Source: a virus (lineage: Duplodnaviria > Caudoviricetes). Taken from it: a stretch of 51,223 nucleotides of DNA. Shown here in pieces: positions 1-7,753 of the stretch (position 1 is the stretch's first letter; the number at the start of each line of letters is the position of its first letter). The notes under the pieces were generated by a model, which worked only from the letters and a program-made list of their open reading frames with translations, was not told the origin of the DNA and did no database searches. Location: IMG/VR virus record IMGVR_UViG_3300021082_000492, positions 1 to 51,223 of that record; one strand, written 5' to 3'. Made by a program: the position numbers and the translations under genes.

Positions 1-5
1 ATCTT

Positions 6-1007
6 TTGTTGCAGCTGGCGATCGCCATGACCTGCGGCGGCCAGTGGCTGGGGCGCGAGGTGCTGCAGGGCCGGGTGATCTACTTCCCGATCGAGGATGA
101 TCTCGACGAGGTGCGTCGGCGCGAGAGCAAGATCACCGCGTTCATGGCCTCGAACGGGATCTACGAGCCGCGCGACCGGGAGTTGATGATCGTCCCGATG
201 GTGGGCGAGGACGCCGTGCTCGGGGTCTATGACAGCCGCCGCGGCGTGGTGCAGCCGACTGGGGTGTTCGCCGCCATCGAGAAGCTGATCGCCGAGTTTC
301 GGCCCACGCTGGTAATCGTCGGCAACCGGGTCAACATCTTCTCGGTCAACCAGAACGACGACGCCCACGCAGTGCAGAGTCTGCGGCTACTTTCGGGACT
401 GTGCGCCCGGCACGAGACCGCGGTGCTGATGCCTGGTCATGTCAGCGTGACCGGGATGAACACCGGCTCGGGCACCTCGGGCTCGGTGCAGTGGTCGAAC
501 GGGGTGCGGCTGCGCGGGTACCTGCAGCGGCCCAAAGACGAGGAGACGGGCGCGGCCGACCCGGATCGGCGCGTGCTGCAGATCATGAAAACCAACTGGG
601 GCCCGCCCGATCAAACGATCGAATTGAAGTGGAGCGAAGGGCTGTTCGTGGCCGACGGATTCAACATCACGCCACCGCAGCCGGAGCCGGGCGAGAGCAC
701 GGATCAGATGCGGGCGCGGATACGGCAAGAGACTGACGCCGCGGTCGAAGCCGAGTGCATGCGGATGATCAACAAGGCCATTGCAATGGGAATCCGGATG
801 AGCCCGCAGCCGAAGAGCAACAACAATCCAGCGACAATTTTTTCGCGCGATGATCGATTCTCCGAGTGCAAGTACCGTGGGGTTAAGGGCGCCAAGCTGC
901 TTAACATGGCGATCGGCCGGCTGTTCATGCGCGGATTGATCCGAGCGCAGCCTTACGGGGCGCCATCGGACAAGACGCAGGAGATCGTGCTGGCATCGCG
1001 CAACTAA
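6..1007 (+). CDS. RepA-family (AAA_25-like) helicase, 5'-truncated by the window edge
   Basis: LQLAIAM..GGQWLG...GRVIYFPIEDDLDEVRRR segment that normally follows Walker A; GH...GTSGSVQWSNGVR and K-x-N-W/YGP motifs of RepA/AAA_25 helicases. Confidence 0.75.
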   Translation: MLQLAIAMTCGGQWLGREVLQGRVIYFPIEDDLDEVRRRESKITAFMASNGIYEPRDRELMIVPMVGEDAVLGVYDSRRGVVQPTGVFAAIEKLIAEFRPTLVIVGNRVNIFSVNQNDDAHAVQSLRLLSGLCARHETAVLMPGHVSVTGMNTGSGTSGSVQWSNGVRLRGYLQRPKDEETGAADPDRRVLQIMKTNWGPPDQTIELKWSEGLFVADGFNITPPQPEPGESTDQMRARIRQETDAAVEAECMRMINKAIAMGIRMSPQPKSNNNPATIFSRDDRFSECKYRGVKGAKLLNMAIGRLFMRGLIRAQPYGAPSDKTQEIVLASRN

Positions 1008-1066
1008 TACGTAGCTACAATCAATCTCTACACTTGTGCCAAAATCGTCCCTGGTCCGTTCACGGT

Positions 1067-1311
1067 ATGCGTGGAGGGTAGGATTCGGGTGTAATTAATA
1101 AGAAAATTAAAAACCTTAATAGTTTCAATATTTATTGGCCTCCACGCATCAACTCCACGCATGCCTCGACGCATGCCTCGACGCATAGGGTGGTGTTTGA
1201 TTCTTATCAAAGTGCTATGCGTGGAGGTGAGCATATATCAAAAATTGAAAAGCGATGAGATGTGCCTGATATATCGATGCCGACGAGGGCTCCACGCATG
1301 GCTCCACGCAT
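1067..1311. repeat. Candidate replication origin: 10-bp CTC(C/G)ACGCAT iterons around an AT-rich core
   Basis: Direct copies at 1140, 1153, 1165, 1177, 1290 and 1302; inverted copies ATGCGTGGAG at 1067 and 1217; AT-rich tract at about 1092-1136; lies directly after the helicase. Confidence 0.6.
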
Positions 1312-1526
1312 AGGCTCCAGACCTCCGCCCTCCGGTCCTATATACTACGTATATGGGCGGGGCCCTCCTGAAGGTCGGGCCCCCGCCCTTGTGTGCGATC
1401 GATCCAGCGCTGTGGTCTTGAGGATGACATCGGGGCGGATCGGATTTTTGGATCAAACCCTTGCGCTGGCTACTTGACTTGGCGTAGGACTCGAGGCGGA
1501 CGGACTGCGGATCATCTTCGGGACCT

Positions 1527-2030
1527 ATGGCGTTCTGGGCGACGCTCGAGACCGAGAGTCAACGCGAATCAATCGTTCGGCTGCTGATCATGCGGACCGG
1601 CCGGGAGACCTACCTCCCGCGGATCAAACATCACGCACGAGTCACGCCGTTATTTCCTCGCTACTTGTTCGTCAAAATCGTCGACGACCGATGGTGGGAG
1701 GTTCGTTGGACCCCGCATGTGCTGCGGATCCTCACGTTCGGAGAATATCCTCAAGCTGACGTCAGGCTCGAAGCTGCGATCGCGATGATCAAAAAGCAGG
1801 AACGGGACGGTCTCGTGAAACTTCCGGCCGCGGTGGCTTTGCGCAGGGGCGCCCCGGTCCGGATCAAAAGCGGAAGTTTTGCAGGCCACATCGGTATTCA
1901 CGACGGCATGAGCGGTAAGGATCGGCAACGGGTCCTGCTCAAGATGCTGGGTCAGACCGTCCCGGTCGAGCTGCCCACCACCGATTGCCAAGTGCTAGGG
2001 CTAGACGCAAACGCCCAGGTGCGCTACTAA
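1527..2030 (+). CDS. NusG/RfaH-family transcription antitermination protein
   Basis: NGN-domain motif YLP...PLFPRYLFV and KOW motif GAPVRIKSGSFAGHIG...RVLLKMLGQTVPVEL. Confidence 0.85.
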   Translation: MAFWATLETESQRESIVRLLIMRTGRETYLPRIKHHARVTPLFPRYLFVKIVDDRWWEVRWTPHVLRILTFGEYPQADVRLEAAIAMIKKQERDGLVKLPAAVALRRGAPVRIKSGSFAGHIGIHDGMSGKDRQRVLLKMLGQTVPVELPTTDCQVLGLDANAQVRY

Positions 2031-2336
2031 TCCTCATCCCACAAACCCCGGTTAAGCTGTTATTCGCACGCGGAAATCCCTGAATTGGGGACCTCCGTGA
2101 GTCGCAGCGCGCTGTCCAAAGCCTTGAAAAGACTGCGTTCGAAGCGCCGGAGTTTGTGGGAACTCTCGCCGACCGCTTCGATCATTGGGCGCCCGGCTGG
2201 TTCATCGTCCACCCAGCTTGGGCGCCCTTCCTCATCCCCGCAAACCGGTCCTGGTGCGTTTGCCGAGGGCGACCCTCATTGGGGTAGCCTCCCGCGGCAA
2301 AGTGAACCAGCGGGCTCCGTAGCTCCCTCCAGGTGT

Positions 2337-2405
2337 ATTCACAGTTTTCGCAAATTCACAGTTTTCGCAAATTCACAGTTTTCGCAATTCATAGATTTCG
2401 CTTAG
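2337..2405 (+). repeat. Tandem array 1: four copies of about 17 bp (ATTCACAGTTTTCGCAA)
   Basis: Units start at 2337, 2354, 2371 and 2387; the last ends GATTTCGCTTAG. Confidence 0.9.
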
Positions 2406-2414
2406 GGTGGGCGG

Positions 2415-2597
2415 ATGGATCTGGCGCTGACTGAGGGCCGCAACGGCAAGGCGATCGCGCACCGGGCAGACTGTCCAGAGGTACGTGCGCTGGCGGCTGC
2501 GGGCCAGCCGGTCATGACGATGCTCGGTTGCGAGAAGCCGCTGCCGGCTGACGTGCCGCGGCATTCCTGCCTCGAACAGCCCGACCTGTTCGACTAG
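2415..2597 (+). CDS. Small hypothetical protein (60 aa) with an H-x3-C motif and two further Cys
   Basis: ORF fills the gap between the two repeat arrays; AHRADCP...GCE...HSC. Confidence 0.55.
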   Translation: MDLALTEGRNGKAIAHRADCPEVRALAAAGQPVMTMLGCEKPLPADVPRHSCLEQPDLFD

Positions 2598-2667
2598 AAT
2601 CACAGATTTCGCAAATTCATATTTTTCGCTAATTCACAGTTTTCGCAAATTCACAGATTTCGCTTAG
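2598..2667 (+). repeat. Tandem array 2: four copies of 17 bp, same consensus
   Basis: Units start at 2598, 2615, 2632 and 2649; also ends GATTTCGCTTAG. Confidence 0.9.
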
Positions 2668-2787
2668 CCTTCCAGGACCCGGCGCGCTGGCGACCTCCAC
2701 GCGGTGGGCTCAAGGCGGAGCGGCGCCGGGCTGCTACGCGCAGGCCGGCGCCGACCGATCGAGGAGCGCAAGCGAGCTTGTTTGCGC

Positions 2788-3081
2788 TCAGGTTTTGTCG
2801 GGCACGCGCACGAAGTCAGCCTTAGGCTTGGCCGCCGACTTGGCCCAGCCTTTGCGCACCAGGCACTCGGCGCGGTAGGCGTTCCAGGCCGCGAGCCCGG
2901 GTGTGGCCTTGCGCTCGGCGCTCTCGCGCCATTCGGCGCCGCAGGTCCGCATCACGTCCGTGAACGTGATCTTGGGCGCGGCGGGCGCGGCGGGCGCGGC
3001 GGTCGGCGCCGGTGCTTCCTGCCCGGCGGCGGTGCCGAGCGAGAGCGCGACCAGGGCGGCCGCGAGGATGGTTTGTCGCAT
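2788..3081 (-). CDS. Secreted small protein, PsiF-repeat-like (97 aa)
   Basis: Start MRQTILAAALVALSLGTAAG after an AAGGA RBS; signal peptide, Ala/Pro linker and CGAEW...WNAYRAEC two-Cys motif. Confidence 0.6.
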   Translation of the reverse strand: MRQTILAAALVALSLGTAAGQEAPAPTAAPAAPAAPKITFTDVMRTCGAEWRESAERKATPGLAAWNAYRAECLVRKGWAKSAAKPKADFVRVPDKT

Positions 3082-3094
3082 GGTGTCCGTGTCC

Positions 3095-3203
3095 TTTTCG
3101 GTTCGGTTCGGTTGTCGGGGTCCGGACCATCCGGCGCCCTCTGTTTTTCGGTTCGGTTCGGTTCGGTTCGGTTGTCGGGCCCGGACCATCCGGCGCCCTC
3201 TGT
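3095..3203. repeat. Tandem duplication of a 50-59 bp unit containing (CGGTT)n
   Basis: TTTT(CGGTT)3GTCGGGGTCCGGACCATCCGGCGCCCTCTGT followed by TTTT(CGGTT)5GTCGGGCCCGGACCATCCGGCGCCCTCTGT. Confidence 0.9.
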
Positions 3204-3217
3204 CGTTTCAGTATTGA

Positions 3218-3271
3218 TAACGTATGCCTAGGTTCAAAAAGAGTCAAGAATTATTTTCGCAAACAAACAAA
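3218..3271 (-). promoter_or_regulatory. Module copy 1: sigma70-like promoter
   Basis: Minus strand TTGACT-17 bp-TACGTT; shares the TTTGAACCTAGGCATACG core with the other copies; T-rich upstream element. Confidence 0.7.
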
Positions 3272-3380
3272 TAAATTGCGAGCCGATAGGAAGCCCGTAC
3301 GCGAGCGCAAAAAGCGGGGTTCACTACCCTAGCGGGGCGTCTCGAGAATCGCACCTGTGGCCACGCTAGCGGCTAGGCGC

Positions 3381-3412
3381 AAACAAAAAAAAAAGGCGCC
3401 CCGCGGGGCGCC
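3381..3412 (-). terminator. Intrinsic terminator
   Basis: Palindrome GGCGCCCCGCGGGGCGCC followed by a long U-tract on the minus strand. Confidence 0.85.
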
Positions 3413-3442
3413 TTCCGTGTAGTCGAGTTGAGTTGAGGCGGT

Positions 3443-3790
3443 TTAGTCTTGTTCGGTTAGCCCGTCGCAAAAGTCGCGCGTTACCGCCTCTAATTCCCCG
3501 TCGGTCGGTTCGACCGTCGAATAAACTACGGCTAGTAGTTTTTCGATAGCGACATAGGCGGGTCGCAACGTTTCGGGCAAGGTGTCGCGCGCTTCGGTAT
3601 GGTCCATTAAGTCGCCCAAATTGTCCTCGCTGCAAACGTCTGTCGTGAACGCCGCGCGAACCTCGGAGGGCGCCGCAACCGCGGCCGCGATAGTCGCATC
3701 AATTGCCGCGTCGGTTTCGGTCGGTTCAGCTGAAAATGCGGGCGCCGCAAAAGCGAGCGCCGCAACGGTAGCGAGTAGAATCCGTTTCAT
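3443..3790 (-). CDS. Secreted acidic hypothetical protein (115 aa)
   Basis: Signal peptide MKRILLATVAALAFAAPAFSA; CCAGGAGA RBS; two Cys. Confidence 0.7.
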   Translation of the reverse strand: MKRILLATVAALAFAAPAFSAEPTETDAAIDATIAAAVAAPSEVRAAFTTDVCSEDNLGDLMDHTEARDTLPETLRPAYVAIEKLLAVVYSTVEPTDGELEAVTRDFCDGLTEQD

Positions 3791-3881
3791 GGTGTAGTCT
3801 CCTGGATTGTCGGGCCCTTCAAAAGCCCGCGGCGGGATTGCCGATCATGGCGCCCGTAGGCGCCATGGGCCGCAATCCGGT

Positions 3882-4061
3882 CTAGTGAAGCAACAAACCG
3901 AGCGCAATTAGCGCGCAAGCGCCTAATGCAATCGGTCCGATTCTCCACATCGCTCGAAAAATTAGAATGTTAAGATAGTTCCAAGCTGAACCGAGCACGA
4001 AAAGCCCCGCGGCCAGCAACATTACGAGTATTTCCGGGTTGGCGTTAAAATAGTGTTGCAT
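3882..4061 (-). CDS. Small two-TM membrane protein (59 aa), absent from the ORF track
   Basis: Translated by hand: MQHYFNANPEILVMLLAAGLFVLGSAWNYLNILIFRAMWRIGPIALGACALIALGLLLH; AGGA RBS; fills the gap between neighbouring genes. Confidence 0.65.
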   Translation of the reverse strand: MQHYFNANPEILVMLLAAGLFVLGSAWNYLNILIFRAMWRIGPIALGACALIALGLLLH

Positions 4062-4065
4062 TGTC

Positions 4066-4251
4066 CTATCTCTTGACTTTGTTTGTTTCCGGGAACCATT
4101 CCGACTTTAGAACGGGGTCGCCTATCGAGTCGGTTTCGCTGGTGTCCTCGCTTTCGCAGTCATAATCCCAAAGCTCGACTATGACTCCGGGCGGTATGTT
4201 CTGAATCTCTTGAACGATTCCGCCGGAAACGATAATCCGAATCCGTTTCAT
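4066..4251 (-). CDS. Hypothetical phage protein (61 aa)
   Basis: Start MKRIRIIVSGGIVQ after AAAGGAG; V-x-GG-x-VQ...DYD pattern. Confidence 0.65.
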   Translation of the reverse strand: MKRIRIIVSGGIVQEIQNIPPGVIVELWDYDCESEDTSETDSIGDPVLKSEWFPETNKVKR

Positions 4252-4279
4252 GATCGTGACTCCTTTCTGGTGTTGCTGA

Positions 4280-5065
4280 TCAGTCACGGACGAATCCGGA
4301 CCGATCGCGCTTTGCGTTTCCCTTGGCATAGAGCGCAATCACGGCGCCTTGAACGTCTAGAAAGCGCAAGTCGGTTTCGTCGCCATTTTCAACCGCGACT
4401 AGGTTCCCGCCGTTCAGGGCAAAGCCCGACGCGGTGTAACGGGCAACGGTCGCCTTGTCGCGAAACACCGCGGCAATGTTCATTCCGTTATCGTATGCCG
4501 CGCGCGCGGCCGCGTCGTTTCCGTCGGCAAGGCTGAACGTCAAGTGATAATTCGCCGGAATGTTTTTGCGGTTTTGAATCTTCGTGTAGTCATAAAACCG
4601 CACATTAGAAAACATCGCGAACACGTTCGGGAATCCTTCGACCGGAATCGTTTCCCATCTAATGTCGGAGGTACCGTTCAACCGGAATACTGGTGTAAAA
4701 CCGTCGCGTTCAGCCATCCGAATTGCCTTGCCTATCTCTTTAACGAGAACCGACATGAACGCCGCGCGGTGTTCGAAAAAAGCGCGCGTGCGCATAATCC
4801 GCGCGGATTGAATCTCGTTTCGCTTGCCTGCCGCAACCGCGGCATAGGTCAAAAGCCCGCCCGCCGCGATTCCGCCGCGCCCCGCGGTGTTCAAGCAAGC
4901 TTCGCGGCAAGGGCCCGTTGACATCGGGCAAACGTTGAAGCCGCTTAGCGACGCGGGCGCCAAATGCAGGATAAATGTCCAATAACCGGCGCCGCGGCCC
5001 TTTTCGGTCTTCGGGTTGCCCGGAGTCAAAAGGCGAAAGCCGCGTGATCCTGAATTAAGTTCCAT
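4280..5065 (-). CDS. GP88-like protein with a radical-SAM-like Cys cluster
   Basis: NPKT.K, LAPA..SG.NVCP.....C...CLNTAGRG, RLNGTSDI.WE, FYDYTK, NYHLTFS and GD..DLRFLD motifs. Confidence 0.7.
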   Translation of the reverse strand: MELNSGSRGFRLLTPGNPKTEKGRGAGYWTFILHLAPASLSGFNVCPMSTGPCREACLNTAGRGGIAAGGLLTYAAVAAGKRNEIQSARIMRTRAFFEHRAAFMSVLVKEIGKAIRMAERDGFTPVFRLNGTSDIRWETIPVEGFPNVFAMFSNVRFYDYTKIQNRKNIPANYHLTFSLADGNDAAARAAYDNGMNIAAVFRDKATVARYTASGFALNGGNLVAVENGDETDLRFLDVQGAVIALYAKGNAKRDRSGFVRD

Positions 5066-5201
5066 TTTCCGTCTCCTGGTGTCGCGAGCGGCTTCAACCG
5101 CCCTTCTGATCGTTAGTCGCTAATACGTATGCCTAGGTTCAAAAGGAAATGCAAGAATTATTTTCGCAAACAAACAAAAAAAAAAGCGCCCCGCGGGGCG
5201 C
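5066..5201 (-). promoter_or_regulatory. Module copy 2: terminator, promoter, leader hairpin, RBS
   Basis: GCGCCCCGCGGGGCGC plus U-tract; TTGCAT-17-CATACG; GGGCGG-TTGAAG-CCGCTC hairpin; CCAGGAGAC. Confidence 0.85.
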
Positions 5202-5210
5202 CCTCCTGGT

Positions 5211-5723
5211 TCAGATTCTGGTGATACATTCGGGCCCGAATCCCTGGTGAACCGAAGTCGGAACCGTAAGCTTGCGACCACAGCGGCCGCAACGGCCCTC
5301 GGTCCAAATTTCGAGTTGTTCTGGTAGGGTACCGCGAACCAGGGCGCGCCACGCCCAATCGAAGGCCTTAGCGGAGGGCGCGTCGCGGGAGACGTCACCA
5401 GGGCGCGGAACCTTGCGACCGAGCCAAAAAATGTCGCGCGAAATGCGACCTAAATATTTGTAGTCGGATTCGTTGTTTTGTCCGACCAAAAGCCCGACAA
5501 AATGGCAAAGCCCGTCGTCGCTAACGCTAATGCGATAGGTGAACCGGGCGCCGGTTTTCTTGCTAGCGAGGGTAACGGTCGCGTTACCAGCGCGCAAGAA
5601 TTTGAGCGCGTCGGGCGCCGTCGTGAGCTGTCCGCGCATATCGGCGCCTTTGACGGGCGCCGGATCAGCGTCTAGGTTTATGTCGTGATCCAAGCCGGCG
5701 AAAATGTCGGAGTTATTGCACAT
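5211..5723 (-). CDS. DUF6011-like Zn-finger protein
   Basis: C-terminal CGRCGRKLTVPTSVHQGFGPEC motif. Confidence 0.7.
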   Translation of the reverse strand: MCNNSDIFAGLDHDINLDADPAPVKGADMRGQLTTAPDALKFLRAGNATVTLASKKTGARFTYRISVSDDGLCHFVGLLVGQNNESDYKYLGRISRDIFWLGRKVPRPGDVSRDAPSAKAFDWAWRALVRGTLPEQLEIWTEGRCGRCGRKLTVPTSVHQGFGPECITRI

Positions 5724-5730
5724 TGCTCGA

Positions 5731-5841
5731 GTCTCCTGGTGTCGCGAGCGGCTTCAACCGCCCTTCTGAATCATTAGTCGCTAATATGTATGCCTAGGTT
5801 CAAAGGAAGAGTCAAATAAAAAAGGCGCCCCGCGGGGCGCC
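5731..5841 (-). promoter_or_regulatory. Module copy 3
   Basis: Near-identical to copy 2, with TTGACT-17-CATACA. Confidence 0.85.
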
Positions 5842-5859
5842 TTGTTGGAGTGATCCGGA

Positions 5860-6465
5860 TCAGGAACGGGGCGGGCGCGCGTTGCGGCCCTTCGGAGTAA
5901 CGGCGCCCGCCTTGTTCAGAAGGCCTTTACCGATCAAAGAGTCTTTGGCGACTTGCCATTGCTCGCGGGTCGGGAATTGCGGCGTTGAGTCGTCGCGGCG
6001 CCAAGGGTATTCCGCTTGAGTCTTGGCCATGGTGTAACGGTCTTGACCGTTATAGCTCGACTTGAAGGAACACGTTGCGCCTAACACAATCGACTCGTGC
6101 GCGCTCAATTCCGGCGCCGGCGCCGGTAGCAACGCCGCGGCGTTGTCCGGGTGCACATAGAACGTCAAGCCTAGATCCTTACCGCAAAAAAGCGAGTGTT
6201 CGACCACGGCAAAGCCGGGCTTTAACGTAATGTGCTGATCCTTGCGCGACGAATCCCAAGGCGCGGACATATTGTCCGACGCGGCAATGGCGTCACCAGT
6301 AGCGAGTTGCACAAATCGAAACGTGTTGCGGGTACCGCCGGACCATAGACCAGCGTCCGAAGGAATCGTGACTTGCGTCACCACTACGGCTTTGAACTTT
6401 TTGCCTGAATAATTGCCGCGCAATTGTGCGGGAACCATCGCGGCGTCAAGATAGATTGCATTCAT
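5860..6465 (-). CDS. Hypothetical protein (201 aa)
   Basis: Likely start MNAIYLD directly after the module RBS; the track's extra N-terminus is translated repeat sequence. Confidence 0.7.
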   Translation of the reverse strand: MNAIYLDAAMVPAQLRGNYSGKKFKAVVVTQVTIPSDAGLWSGGTRNTFRFVQLATGDAIAASDNMSAPWDSSRKDQHITLKPGFAVVEHSLFCGKDLGLTFYVHPDNAAALLPAPAPELSAHESIVLGATCSFKSSYNGQDRYTMAKTQAEYPWRRDDSTPQFPTREQWQVAKDSLIGKGLLNKAGAVTPKGRNARPPRS

Positions 6466-6579
6466 ATTTCCGTCTCCTGGTGTTGCGAGCGGCTTCAACC
6501 GCCCTTCTGAACATTAGTCGTCAATACGTATGCCTAGGTTCAAAGGAAGAGTCAAATAAAAAAGGCGCCCGAAGGCGCC
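6466..6579 (-). promoter_or_regulatory. Module copy 4
   Basis: Terminator GGCGCC-UUCG-GGCGCC plus U6; TTGACT-17-CATACG; hairpin; RBS. Confidence 0.85.
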
Positions 6580-6797
6580 TAATTCTTTCGCACTAGTCCG
6601 ACCGTGACTCGGTCGCGGGCGATAAACCGAGCGGCGCCTATGTCCGCTAATATTTCGTCGCGCGCGTTCCACCACGCAAAGCGCTTATTGGGCGCCGCAA
6701 CATAGTAGCAGCGGGATTCGCGAATCGTGGTTCCGTCGGGCTGATCCCAAAAGAGAGTCACGCGCCAAGTCTTAACCGTCGGAATGTTGCGAGACAT
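6579..6797 (-). CDS. Hypothetical protein (72 aa)
   Basis: Start MSRNIPTV lies 1 nt after the upstream stop. Confidence 0.6.
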   Translation of the reverse strand: MSRNIPTVKTWRVTLFWDQPDGTTIRESRCYYVAAPNKRFAWWNARDEILADIGAARFIARDRVTVGLVRKN

Positions 6798-6798
6798 G

Positions 6799-6987
6799 TC
6801 ACGCGCCCTCTGCGTCGCTAATGTGCATCGCGGCGTCAATTGTTTGCTGATCAAATTCAACCCAATGATCAGAAGACCAACACCAGACGCCCCAAGCGTG
6901 CCGCGGACCGCGAATCTTCTTCGCTACGTAGTCGCGGTCAAATTTCGCGAGCGCGTGCGCCTCTTCTTTCGTCATGAGAATGGCCAT
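6799..6987 (-). CDS. Hypothetical protein (62 aa)
   Basis: Follows the RBS of module copy 5. Confidence 0.65.
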   Translation of the reverse strand: MAILMTKEEAHALAKFDRDYVAKKIRGPRHAWGVWCWSSDHWVEFDQQTIDAAMHISDAEGA

Positions 6988-6994
6988 TGTCGGA

Positions 6995-7106
6995 GTCTCC
7001 TGGTGTTGCGAGCGGCTTCAACCGCCCTTCTGAACATTAGTCGTTAATATGTATGCCTAGGTTCAAAGGAAGAGTCAAATAAAAAAGGCGCCCGAAGGCG
7101 CCTTTT
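6995..7106 (-). promoter_or_regulatory. Module copy 5, terminator possibly bidirectional
   Basis: A6-GGCGCCCGAAGGCGCC-T4; TTGACT promoter; hairpin; RBS. Confidence 0.85.
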
Positions 7107-7107
7107 A

Positions 7108-7572
7108 TTACCGAGCCTTTCCGAAGGCCTTAACCGTGTCGCGGGTAATTTCCCAAGGCGCGTCATATTTCGGGACCATACGAATCGCCTCGGTTCGAAT
7201 CGCTTCGATAATTTGGCAAGCGACCGAAGACTCGTAGTCGTTTGTTTCGCAAGCCTGATAATCGAAACACGAGCAACCGCTAAGGATCAGCCCGACAAGC
7301 TTGTGTTGCGGCAAGGTGTCGAGCGCGTCGAAATATTGGAACGTGTAATTTAGGGCGGTTTCACCATCGCGGCCCGGCGCCGTCGACTCGGTGTAATCGG
7401 GGTAGCGATGCAAAACCGAGCGCGTGTTTTCTAGCAGCAAAACGGTTCCGGTTTCGGTCGCATGCTCGGCAATGTCGACGGGGCGCCCGTCGACGAAATA
7501 GCGCAAGCGATGCGACACCGCGAAAGTCAAAAGCGCGTCAATATGTTCATGGGAAACAATGAAAGCGGACAT
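7108..7572 (-). CDS. Hypothetical phage protein (154 aa)
   Basis: Start MSAFIVSHEHIDALL after CCAGGAGA; C-x-x-YQACE motif. Confidence 0.7.
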   Translation of the reverse strand: MSAFIVSHEHIDALLTFAVSHRLRYFVDGRPVDIAEHATETGTVLLLENTRSVLHRYPDYTESTAPGRDGETALNYTFQYFDALDTLPQHKLVGLILSGCSCFDYQACETNDYESSVACQIIEAIRTEAIRMVPKYDAPWEITRDTVKAFGKAR

Positions 7573-7579
7573 TTTCGAT

Positions 7580-7607
7580 TCTCCTGGTGTTTGCGGCTTC
7601 AACCGCG
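7580..7607 (-). promoter_or_regulatory. Partial module: hairpin and RBS only
   Basis: GCGG-TTGAAG-CCGC-AAACA-CCAGGAGA, with no promoter or terminator. Confidence 0.75.
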
Positions 7608-7614
7608 GTTGAAC

Positions 7615-7752
7615 TTAGGCGAGCGCAACCGCGCGCAAGCCTAATTGACGAATGGCGTAACGGTCCGCGCGCATGACGCAGAACGAGAGCTGAAAACGGC
7701 CAAGACGAATGAACCGGATTCCGCCGACGCGCTTGTTGGAGTAGTTGAACAT
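7615..7752 (-). CDS. Small basic hypothetical protein (45 aa)
   Basis: MFNYSNKRVGGIRFIRLGRFQLSFCV; AAGGAG RBS within the end of the upstream gene. Confidence 0.55.
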   Translation of the reverse strand: MFNYSNKRVGGIRFIRLGRFQLSFCVMRADRYAIRQLGLRAVALA

Positions 7753-7753
7753 G

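Noticed and set aside
2337-2667. CRISPR array
   Set aside because: Repeats are contiguous 17-mers without spacers, and no cas genes are present
3095-3175. Alphaproteobacterial LexA box (GTTC-N7-GTTC)
   Set aside because: The GTTC copies have 5-bp periodicity, giving N1, N6 or N11 spacing rather than N7
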